Positions 38,601 through 47,073 of a DNA stretch of 64,000 nt are shown in pieces. The stretch is taken from assembly GCA_038087875.1 (NCBI GenBank), contig JAXLNO010000081.1:124001-188000 (forward strand), read 5' to 3'. Position numbers and translations under genes: made by a program. The stretch comes from Malacoraja senta. Taxonomy: Eukaryota. Each line of letters begins with the position of its first letter. The stretch's first letter is position 1. The notes beneath the pieces are model-generated. The model worked only from the letters and a program-made list of their open reading frames with translations, searched no databases and was not told the origin of the DNA.

Positions 38601-38888
38601 CAGACTATCTTTGACCATACTTTACTGAACTTTACCTTGCACTAAATCTTATTCCCTTTATCGTGTATCTGTACATTGTGGACGGCTCAATTGTAATCGT
38701 ATATAATCTTTCCGCTGACTGGTTAGCACGCAACAAAAGCTTTTCACTGTACCTCGGTATAAGTGACAATAAACTAAATTCAACCTCAAACTATGTCATC
38801 TTTCATGCCCATGGACCTCCTCAGACGAAGACTTACCGACGGCGGTGGCTGCAATGAGGATGACCAGGAGGATACAAAGGCACGACAT
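4599..38888 (-). CDS. Spliced host gene (3'-partial) for a secreted Gly/Tyr/His-rich low-complexity protein; join of 38837-38888, 36507-36530, 35759-35779, 32869-32898, 16994-17125, 9293-9328, 4599-4634
   Basis: ATG exon encoding a hydrophobic signal peptide, then six AG/GT-bounded exons, all phase 1-1 with lengths divisible by 3. They splice without stops into 110 codons. No terminal exon identified in the window. Confidence 0.8.
4720..9093 (+). mobile_element. 5'-truncated, decayed Gypsy LTR retrotransposon, Gmr1-like (gag-PR-INT-RT-RH), with 3' LTR
   Basis: gag zinc-knuckle remnant CYYCRGRGN..AC, protease LRDTGATQS, integrase GGHLG / VDCVGP / QSDQGSNF / QGALERFH / RYSGPY upstream of RT (RFCTDFRKVN, MAFGMRNAPATFQR) and RNase H (DASDRGVG, EKEALA, TDHNPL, ADALSR). 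Confidence 0.92.
8510..9093 (+). mobile_element. 3' LTR of the Gypsy element
   Basis: G-rich PPT (gggtggggg) immediately before TGTTA...TAACA termini; internal cataaata and aataaa. Confidence 0.85.
9293..9328 (-). CDS. Exon 6 (36 nt): (G)GSSGYDKNGGY
   Basis: gtctgtttctcccgcag|GAGGGTCAAGTGGATACGATAAGAACGGAGGCTACG|gtaaat. Confidence 0.75.
9720..14790. repeat. Long degenerate (AACTC / AACTGCACTA)n satellite, interrupted by a Penelope element
   Basis: About 3.7 kb of 5/10/20-nt periodic repeats, G-poor on the plus strand. Confidence 0.95.
12522..13882 (-). mobile_element. Penelope-like element, 3' part (RT C-terminus, GIY-YIG endonuclease, pLTR)
   Basis: LYLRYIDY.. and PFLDL RT motifs; GETKRKLGDHFAEHL GIY-YIG region; CAATAAACT on both flanks (12513-12521, 13883-13891). 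Confidence 0.85.
14993..15028 (-). pseudogene. Paralogous 36-nt exon copy (G)MSFGYDNHGSY with mutated acceptor (AC instead of AG)
   Basis: gtctgtttctcccacAC|GAATGTCATTTGGATACGATAACCACGGTAGCTACG|gtaaat; homologous to the exons at 9293 and 4599. Confidence 0.7.
15560..15885 (-). mobile_element. tRNA-derived V-SINE (HE1-like)
   Basis: Reverse of the ggttcgatcctgact head, the gtgctccggtttcc V-domain and a CR1-like 3' tail. Confidence 0.75.
16065..16745 (+). mobile_element. CR1 3' fragment
   Basis: LEYCVQFWSP..EGVQRRFTR; tail (tctatgtt)n. Confidence 0.9.
16994..17125 (-). CDS. Exon 5 (132 nt): YWPRVGGHNGYSSYNGYGGHHGHGGHGGPGGYGWYHAYGPDGC
   Basis: gtctgttgctcccacag acceptor, G|gtaaat donor; GC-rich island with a Gly/His/Tyr codon pattern. 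Confidence 0.85.
17517..18235 (+). mobile_element. V-SINE interrupted by (TA)n and a ~340-bp unrelated insert (17684-18022)
   Basis: Head ggcggcacagtg..ggttcgatcc at 17517-17600; V-domain gggtgctccggtttcctcccaca resumes at about 18037. Confidence 0.7.
19691..24445 (+). mobile_element. Full-length decayed DIRS1-type tyrosine-recombinase retrotransposon
   Basis: gag-like ORF; RT (IDLKDVYY, LPNGL, AYLDD); RNase H (TDVS..GWG, INYLEL, DN); DAM-like MT motifs (IDLFAS, DAF, FPPF); YR (AQRVQTL, KPHSPRAA, AGW, FQKYY). Inverted termini and internal complementary region at about 24112-24225. Confidence 0.95.
23076..23936 (+). CDS. DIRS tyrosine recombinase ORF (TE-encoded)
   Basis: R..H-x-x-R..W..Y catalytic pattern; 286-aa open frame. 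Confidence 0.85.
   Translation: MFCLRQNISYHTAGIPDVLEFLSTLYFDQRLSYSAINTARSALSSYLWMGSEQYSVGSHPLVSRSMKGIFNSNPPRPRYSVIWNVSEVLMLLRQWTPVSALSLAKVTIKVVMLMALVSAQRVQTLQKLRLERMEVSADANTFYISDLLKQSRPGVTGFKIIFSAYTTDSRLCVVSHLLYYIKGTRTLRGAESALFFSHKKTHSKVSVQTISRWLKQVLVYPGIDTDNCKPHSPRAASTSAARAMDVPIDHILAAAGWSSELMFQKYYHKPIAEPGVFAHSVLCSVL
26134..26211. repeat. 78-bp near-perfect palindrome
   Basis: 33-bp perfect arms (26134-26166 and 26179-26211) around gtatatatatat. Confidence 0.9.
26990..28362 (+). mobile_element. 5'-truncated decayed CR1 ORF2
   Basis: YRPVSMTSVVGK, GVPQGS, KFADDA, YKALVRPHL, 3' UTR. Confidence 0.9.
28575..29690 (-). mobile_element. Two adjacent CR1 3' fragments
   Basis: Minus-strand DVERMFP..QRVINL.NSLPQ motifs, present twice. 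Confidence 0.85.
30320..30765 (-). mobile_element. Penelope 3' fragment (GIY-YIG region)
   Basis: RLGNRFAEHLRSV..KRKLEEQHLIYRLGS..PNGM. Confidence 0.8.
32361..33140. repeat. Local duplication copy A (CR1 3' end + exon 4 + flank), paralogous to 35240-36025
   Basis: Same order of segments and similar unique flank (cgataagacaaagttgtgaatcgctcaaca vs cgataagataaagttgtcattcgctcaaca). Confidence 0.8.
32869..32898 (-). CDS. Exon 4 (30 nt): (G)NLGGYGRYN
   Basis: ctgtttcttcaacag|GTAACCTTGGCGGTTATGGTCGTTACAACA|gtaatt. Confidence 0.8.
34388..34690 (+). mobile_element. V-SINE (HE1-like)
   Basis: ggtggcagtggtgcag..gagttgctgc head; gggccgaagggcctgtttcc CR1-like tail. Confidence 0.75.
35240..36025. repeat. 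Local duplication copy B (CR1 3' end + exon 3 + flank)
   Basis: Paralogous to 32361-33140, with the same segment order and similar unique flank. Confidence 0.8.
35759..35779 (-). CDS. Exon 3 (21 nt): (G)NHGGYY
   Basis: ctctttcttgaacag|GTAACCATGGTGGTTACTACG|gtaatt. Confidence 0.8.
36507..36530 (-). CDS. Exon 2 (24 nt): (D)SHPIVYG
   Basis: ctgtttatttcacag|ATTCTCATCCAATTGTATACGGAG|gtaatg; completes a plausible signal-peptidase site (V-D-S). Confidence 0.75.
36905..38015 (+). mobile_element. Decayed CR1 ORF2 3' half in intron 1
   Basis: DFQKAFDKVPH, GPQGSVLG, RFADEMK; 3' tail. Confidence 0.9.
38205..38785 (+). mobile_element. Rex-Babar/L2-like LINE 3' fragment
   Basis: TNFYRCIVESILSGCITAWFGN..RFRDSFFPAVIRQLN. 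Confidence 0.8.
38837..38888 (-). CDS. Exon 1 coding part: signal peptide MSCLCILLVILIAATAV(D)
   Basis: gcgaacATG start, 17 codons plus 1 nt, strong donor G|gtaagt at 38836-38831. Confidence 0.85.
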
Positions 38889-38909
38889 GTTCGCGGTGAG
38901 CAGTCAGAC

Positions 38910-38947
38910 TCGGGGTGATGTGTGCTGAGTGAATCAGGCCTTTTATG
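38910..38947 (-). promoter_or_regulatory. Probable core promoter (TATA-like CATAAAA) of the Gly/Tyr-rich gene
   Basis: Plus-strand TTTTATG at 38941-38947 (minus CATAAAA), about 55 nt upstream of the ATG, in non-repeat sequence. Implies a TSS near 38915-38920. Confidence 0.55.
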
Positions 38948-39796
38948 TGCCTCAGAACCATCTGACCACAAAGTTGGCTCCACCTGCAACGTAGCATTTG
39001 CGAAAAGCCATGAATCATCGCCAACCAATCCTGGGCTGGGATGATTGAACGTGTAATGTACTGGCTGTCAAAGTGATAAGAGAATAGAAATACTGGATGG
39101 TGGAATGGATTCAGAATTTATTGCTTGCTGCCAGCTGAACCTATGTGAACCGTTAAGTCCAGCTTGTTGAACTTTACCAAAGCCATTGACCCCTGGCTGT
39201 TTGTGTAATTGTTCAGAGGATATGTGCACTGCCATAGGTTGGCACAATGGCACATCTGATAAAGTTACTGCCTCGGAGTACTAGAGACCCAGGTTCAATC
39301 CTGACCTTGGGTGCTGTCTGCGTGTACGTTCTCCCTGTGGACCTATTGGCCGGATACACCGATAGGAGACATGGGTAATGTTTCAGGTCGAGGCCTTTCT
39401 TCAGACTGAGATTCTGTGGAAAGGGAAACAAGAGATATTGACGGTGATGTAGAGTGATATAGAACAAGTGATTTAAAGATATGCTAAAAAGTTTCAATGA
39501 TAAAGGAAACAAGCCATTGTTGGCTGTTTGCTAGATAAGAACAAGAAGCTGGTGCAGCTTGGGTGGGGGAGGGATGGAGAGAGGGGGAATGCAGGGGTTC
39601 CTTGAAGTTAAAGACATCAATATTCACACTACTGGGTTGTAAGCTGCCCAAGCGAAATATGTTGCTGTTCCTCCAATTTGCGTTTAGCCTCACTCTGACA
39701 ATGAAATAGGCCTTTTTTGCATATCTTTCATTCATTTGTTCTATATTTCTTTGCATCATTATCTATATCTCTCGTTTCCCTTTCCTCTGAATCTCT

Positions 39797-39830
39797 GTCT
39801 GACGAAGGGTCTCGACCCGAAAGGTCACCC
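39797..39830 (+). ncRNA. Minimal type-I hammerhead-ribozyme-like motif in a Penelope pLTR (representative of about 10 copies)
   Basis: CTGACGA-a-GGGTC-tc-GACCC-GAAA-ggTC: hammerhead core boxes around a 5-bp stem II. Confidence 0.6.
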
Positions 39831-40242
39831 ATTCCTTCTCTCCAGAGATGCTGCCTGTCCCACTGAGTTATTCCAGCACTTTGTGACTATCTTTGATTTA
39901 AATGAGTATCTGCAGTTCCTTCCTATACATGGATAGGAAAGGTTTAGAGGGGTAAAAGCAAAACACAGGCTGGTGAGACTAGTGTAAACAGGGTATCTTG
40001 GTCGTCATGGGCAAATTTGGCTGAAGGGCTTGTTCCTATACAGTATGTCTCTCTGATCATGTGGGTTCCCTCCGTGTGCTCCGGTTCCTCCCATATCCCA
40101 AAGACATGTGAGTTTGTAGGTTAATTATGCTCTGCAAATTGCCCGTAATGTGTAGGAAGTGAATTAGAAAGTGGGATAACATGGAACCAATATCAGGATA
40201 TAGAACTGATATCCCTATCAGTGGGATAACCTGAACAGGTGA

Positions 40243-40952
40243 TACCTGGGCACAGAGATTGACACCCGCCTGTCCTTCTCCCAGCACACAGACTCTGTGT
40301 ACAAGAAGGCACAGCAATGCCTGTTCCTGCTGAGGAAACTCAGGAGCTTTGATGTCAGACAGGACATTTTAACAGCTGTCTATAAATCACTTATAGAATC
40401 TGTACTCACCTTTAACATCACATCCTGGTTCACCCTCACCTCTGTCAAAGACAAATCAAAGCTTTCCCGGATCATCAATCAAGCAAGCAAAATAACTGGC
40501 AAAACTCAAAATCAATTATCAGTACTCCACACCCAGGCAGTTAAAAGGAAAGCCAACCTCATTACACAGGATCCCACCCACCCCCTGCACAAGTCCTTCC
40601 AACTTCTGCCATCAGGCCGCCGATATAAAGTCCCCCTATCTAAGAAAAACATCCACAAAAACTCATTCATACCCATTGCCATAAACAGCTTAAATAAAAA
40701 ATGAACAATGGACAAATTAACCCTGACGCACTGTCACTTACACGTATCCACAACTTTCATCTTGTCTATTTTTACAGCTTTTAATCTTTATACTTGCTTT
40801 TAAGATCTATACACACGGTGTGTGCTCGCAGAAATCTGTGTTGTATGACTGCTTATCAGTACATTGTCCTGTTTGTATGTTGAGCCACGTCAAAGAAGAT
40901 TTTCTGTTACGACAGACAATAAAGTTTTCTGAATCTGAATCTGAATCTGAAT
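40243..40952 (+). mobile_element. 5'-truncated Rex-Babar/L2-like LINE
   Basis: KKAQQCLFLLRKL..ESVLTFNIT..LPSGRRY..NSFIP; aataaa followed by a (GAATCT)n tail. Confidence 0.85.
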
Positions 40953-43184
40953 GGTTGACGTAGCCTCGGTGGGCCGAAGATTCACTAGTTCAATGGTATA
41001 ATGGTACATGTACCGAGGTTCAGGGAAAGCTTACTACACGTACGCAGTGTCATACTTAAGTCCAAAGGTGTAAGAATAGTAGATTCTACTGAGGCAGTAC
41101 ACAAGTGTCACCACGTTTCCGGCACCATCTTGTATATTTTAAGGTCAGAGTTGTTAAAAGTGTTAGCATCTTAACGTGGCCGTAAAGGCCCGTTGTCCTG
41201 GCGATGGCACTGGATCGGGGTTGCAGGGGTTGGCGTGGCCAGGCGATGTTGTTGATGCCCTCCACCGTTGCTCTGCTGCTCCGTGAGGCTGATCCACCCG
41301 TGCGGCCACGTGGAGCGGGAACATTGCCACAGGTGGCTGTGGAGCCCATGTCAATGGATATTTTGAAGGCAGAGAAGGACAGATTCTTGATTAGTACGGG
41401 TGTCAGGTGATATGGAGAGAAGGCAGGAGAATGGGGTTGAGAGGGAAAGAATGAATGGCGGAGTCATTGATGACGGAGTATACTTGATGGGCTGAATGGC
41501 CTAATTTTGCTCTCCGAGAAGTTATGAACTTGTGAGCCGGGTTCGATCCTGACCTTGGGTGCTGTGTGTGTGTATGTATGGTGTTTGCACGTTCTCTCTG
41601 TGACCACGTGGGTTTCTTCTAGGTGCTCCGGTTTCCTCCCACATCCCAAAGACATGCATGTTTGCAGGTTCGTTGGCCTCTGTAAAGTTGCCCCTAATGT
41701 GTACGCAGTAGACTTGATGGGATGAATGGTCTAATTCTGCTCTCCTAGAAATTATGAGCCGGGTTCCATCCTGACCTCGGCATGTGTGTGTGTGTGTGCG
41801 CGTGCAGGCATGTGTGCGTGCGTGCGTGCGTGCGTGCGTGCGTGTGTGTGTGTGTTTTCTCTCTGTGACCATGTGGATTTCTTCTGCGTGCTCCGGTTTC
41901 TTACCACATCCCAAGGACATGCAGGTTGGCAGGTTAGTTGGCCTCTGTAAAGTTGCCCCTAGTGTGTAGGCAGTGGATGAGAAAATGGGATAACATAGAA
42001 CTAGTGCGAATGGGTAATTGATGGTCGGCGTGGACTCAGTGGGCCTTTCCATGTTGGATCTATAAATCCAAACCTAAAACATTCCCCCTCTCCTGTCTCA
42101 TTCTACCTAAATTCCACCAAGAATCTAGCTCGCCTAGATCGGGAATTGTTCCAGTAGACCAAGCATACGGGCGGACCAGTCTTTCAAAATAGCGCCGAAT
42201 CATGGCGGTGCTCGTATGTGTAATATTTGCGAAAAGAATGTCACTGTGCAGTTGCACATAAGTTCACAAGTTGACAACTTATAGGAGTAGAATTAAGCCA
42301 GGCTCCTCAAGTCTACCCCGCCATTCGATCATGGCTGATCTCAGCCTCCTAATCCCATTTTCCTGCCTTCTCGCCATAACCCTTGACACCCATTCTAACC
42401 AAGAATTTGTCTCTCTCTGCCTTTGAAATATCCACCGACTATGACACACGCACAGATAGTGAAGATGGTTGTGAAAGATTGCAGCAGGATCTGGATCAAT
42501 TGGCCAGGTGGGCTGAGGAATGGTTGATGGAATCTAACAGAGAGCAGTGTGACATTTTGCATTTTGGGATGTCTAACAAGGGCAGGACCTACACAGTGAA
42601 TGGTAGGCCTCTGGGGAGTGTTGTAGAGCAGAGGGATCAAGGAGTGCAGGTGCATGGTTCCTTGCAGGTCGAGTCGGAGGTAGATAAGGTGGTCAAAAAG
42701 GCTTTTGGCACATTTGCCTTCATCAGTCAGAGTAGAGTATAGAAGTTGGGAGGTAATGTTGCAGTTGTATAAAACATTGGTGAGACCACATTTAGAATAT
42801 TGTGTTCAGTTCTGCGCACCATGTTATAGGAAAGATATTGTCAAGCTTGAAAGAGTTGAGAGAACATTTATGAGGATGTCGCCAGGACTAGAGCGTGTGA
42901 GCTATAGGGAGAGGTTGAGTAGGCTGGGTCTCAATTCCTTGAGCGCAGGAGGATGAGCGGTGATCTTATTGAGGTGCATAAAATCATGAGAGGAAAATAT
43001 CAGGTAGATGCACAGAGTCTCTTGCCCAGAGTAGGGGAATCGAGGACCAGAGGGCACAGGTTCAAGTCAAGTCAAGTCAACTTTATTTGTCACATACACA
43101 TGCAAGATGTACAGTGAATTGAAAGTGGCAATGCCTGCGGGATTGTGCAAAACAACAGGACAACAGAATAGAACAGAACCAGTA

Positions 43185-43972
43185 TCTATATAACTAAAAG
43201 TGTCATCTTGACCACTTCCTGTTTGCGCTCTATATTGATTTTAGAAAAAACGCTACCATATATCGCTATGATTTTTGGCCATCTTACTCACAGTCCTTCT
43301 CCGTTGAGCAGGCCCCGAGGATTTTGCCCATCGATGAAAAATAAAAAAGTTATGATTGTTTAAAGAACCTTGAGATCCGCTCACCTGTCAATCACCGCGA
43401 TGAAGGTAACGCGCCTTCCGGGGGGAGTGGGGCAGGACTATAAAACCCCAGATGCCTGCATGTGACTCAGTCACTCTGCAAGATTGCAAGGAAGAGGCCA
43501 CGACTCTTATTCTAAGCTGTGAATCAACTGAACTGTGAGTCTGCAATGTACTTGCAATAAATGATTTGTTAGCCCTTAATGACAATGCCATGAATTGTTT
43601 GGCCTGCTGCCCTGCCTGTACTTTAAACTGCAATGCTTTATTAGGTCCATCTGTGTTTGGAAGGTATAAATGCTTTATTAGGTCTGACTGTGTTTGGCTT
43701 AAAGGTCCCGCTCATTTTGTGACTTACACTTAGTGGACAGGTCTCGCTGATTGCGTAATTTCCGGTGAGTGCAGAGGTTGCGCTGATTGATTTATTTCCT
43801 GTAAGTGCAGAGGTCAAGCTGATTGCACAGGTGCCGCTGACTGTGGAAGCCCCAAAGTGGAGAGGCCGCCCACTGGCCCGCAATATTGGAATTGATGGAG
43901 AGGTGCAATATTATGTTGGGGGACCAGTCCTCCCGTGTGAAGCTGGGACCCAACGGGTCCCACTTAGTCTAG
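43185..43972 (+). mobile_element. Non-autonomous Helitron
   Basis: 5' A|TCTATATAACTAAAAG; 3' hairpin TGGGACCC-aac-GGGTCCCA (43944-43962) then CTAG (43969-43972); no TSD. Confidence 0.8.
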
Positions 43973-46900
43973 GTTACATTTTAAAAAAAGACACCAAAGT
44001 AATTACGCCCCAGTGAGATCAGAGTTTGCAGTCCTGATGGCCTGTGGGAAGAAACTCCGTCTCATCCTCTCTGTTTTTGCAGTGTGACAGCGGAGAAGCT
44101 TACCTAACCTTAGCAGCTGGAACAGTCTGTTGCAGAGGTGGTAGGTGTCCTTCATGATCTTGCTGGCTCTGTATCTGCACCTCCTGGTGTGTAGGTCCTG
44201 CAGGGGGGAGGGGGGTTGGGGAGTGTAGTTCCCATGCTGCGTTCGGCCAAATGCACTACTCTCTGCAGAGCTTTCCTGCCCTGGGCAGAGCTGTTGCCAA
44301 ACCAGATCGGGATGTTTCCAGTCAGGATACTTCCTACAGCACCAGAGTAGAAGGACTGCAGGATCGTCAGAGAGACTCTGAATTTCCTCAGCTAGCTGAG
44401 GTGGTAAAGGCGCTGCCTTGCCTTTCTCACCACTGCAGCAGTGTGTCTGGTCCATGTCAGATCCACAGTAGTCCCATTTATCCCCATTGGCATGTATGTC
44501 CTCGGTTGTTTTGCCCTTCTAAAGCCCACAATCAGCTCCTTAATTTTAGAGACATTCTTTTTTTTCACTTACATTTTTATTTAATTTTCAGAGATATATA
44601 CAAAATAGTGCAACACCATCACCATAAATAAAACAAAATAAGAAAAACAACAATCAAACTAAAAAAATAATGAGATAGGGGAAAAAAATGTAAATAACTT
44701 TTAAAAAATGGAATAAGACCATGTGGTTCACTTACCAAATTAAAAAAAAATGTTACATTGATTCGTTATCTGGAGATATTTCAATATTCACACAAACATA
44801 CCATCTAATTCTATATAACACAATCTTCCCATATTTAACTCTGCATTTATCTAATTGGTCATAACTCAAATAAACGGTCCATTTTCCCCAGATATTCTCA
44901 AATGAATTCTCCTTGACTCTCAAGGAATATGTCAGTTTCTCCATATTAAAGATGTCTCGCACAATTTCTAACCACTGTTTTGGACTTTTTTCATTAAGCC
45001 ACTGCCTGGTAATGGCCTTCTTACTAGCTGCAAGCAAAACTTTGATCAAATATCTAACTTCTTTCTTTACTGTATCTTTAATGTGCCCCGATACATCACA
45101 GGGCAGGTATTTGGGATTTTATAACCCAAGATATTTTTAACAACTGCATTAACATTTTCCCAATATGGCCTTATCTTTACACAGTTCCAGAAAATATGCG
45201 AGTGGTCTGCCTCCGTACTCCCGCACAGCCTCCAACGGTGTTGTTGGACAGCAAGTTGTCTGCTTTTTATTTTGGGTGTTATAAAAAAGCGAGTTAGATT
45301 CTTCCAGCAAAATTCTCTCCATACTAGTGAGTTTGTGGATGTACATTGTTTCACACATTTGTTACCATTCTTCTTCTGTTATTTGAATCTTTAATTCTGC
45401 TTCCCATTTTGTTTTTATGTAGAGCGTTGATTCTCCCCCGCTTCCCACCAGAGCTTGGTATAAAGCAGAGATGACCCGAGACCCCTTCTGTTTGTATGCA
45501 TCCACAATCAACTTGATCACATTATTTGAAGTTTCATCTAGTTCTGGCCTTATCTCTTTTGTAAAGTAATCTCTTAATTGCAAGTATCTAAAAAAATCGT
45601 TGTTTTCGAGACCATACTTTGACTAAATCTTGGAAGCTCATAAACTCGCCATTTTCTGAACCTGTATACATTGCCGTTATGCCTTTTTGTGCCCATTCTT
45701 TGAATCTTGAATCAAACACACCTGGCTTAACCTTTGAGTCATATGCGAACCACTTCAATGCATGAACCCCTCTTTTTAATTTGTATTTTTCCACTATAAC
45801 ATTCCATATTTCTTTTTTTTCTTTTTTCTTTTATTTTATTAGAAGTAAGTACAGTAATATGGCACCAAGGTGCCTAATATATATTGGCATGTTACATTTT
45901 ATGTACAGCTTCTTATTTTTTTTAATAATGAAAGAGAAAAAGAGAGAATAGATAATAAAAAATAAAAAAAAACGTGTGATGTATGGTGTGTGAAAAGGAA
46001 AAAGGGGTGAAAGAGGGAAAGTGAAGGAAAAAAAAGGAGAAAGAAAGAGAAAGAGTAGAGAGTAGGAAATTATAGGAGATCGTTATTTATATTCTTGACC
46101 ATCCTTCACCCAGTCCTGAAACAGTTGGTTTCTACAATTTTGTTGCACCATATGCTTCCAAAAAGTCGATAAATGGAGACCAACCCGTTAAGAATTGGTC
46201 TGATTTGACTATTAGGAGGAATCGCATTTCTTCAAGATGTGCGGTGTCCAACATGTTTGAAATCCACATTTTAAGCGTTGGTAGGGGTGTGTTTTTCCAA
46301 AATTTAGGTATAAGTTTTTTTGCCGTTATTAACCCATAATTACAAAATGAATTTTGAAATGTGTTCAATTTGTTCCCGTCTTCCGTTACTCCAAATATAA
46401 TCATTTCAGTGTTAGGCTCCATTTTTACCTTGAATAATTTTGTAAATATTTCAATGATATCGCTCCAGAATTTATAAAGTTTTATGCAGGAAACAAAAGA
46501 GTGTGTTATAGTGGCATTTTGAGATAAACATTTATCACAAATGGGGGAAGTATTTGGATAGAATTTATTCAGTCTAGTTTTTGAATAATATAATCTATGT
46601 AAAATTTTAAATTGAATTAAGTTATGTCTTACATTAATCGAACATTTGTGTATATATATCAAATACTTTTCCCATGTTTCTTTTGTAATTTTTATCATTA
46701 ATTCTCGTTCCCAATCTTCTCTAAGTGCCTCTGTCGATGGTAGTTCTATATTTAAAATACTATTATATAAATATGATATTAATTTCTTTGAGTCAGCCTT
46801 AATATTCATTGCTTCTTCCAGTGGGTCTAAAGTTATAGTTTGGTGACTTTGTATGTATTTCTTCTTGAAGTCGCAGACCTGAAGATATTTAAAATATTGG

Positions 46901-47073
46901 TTATTTTTCAGCTTAAATTTTAATTGTAATTGTTGGAATGATAACAGATTTCCCATTTCATACATATCGCCGATCCTTTTAATTCCCATTCTTTCCCATT
47001 GGTTATATGTTTTATCAATAAGAGGGTTTAAATGAAGGATTATTCACTATTGGCGTTAACAATGATAGGTTTC

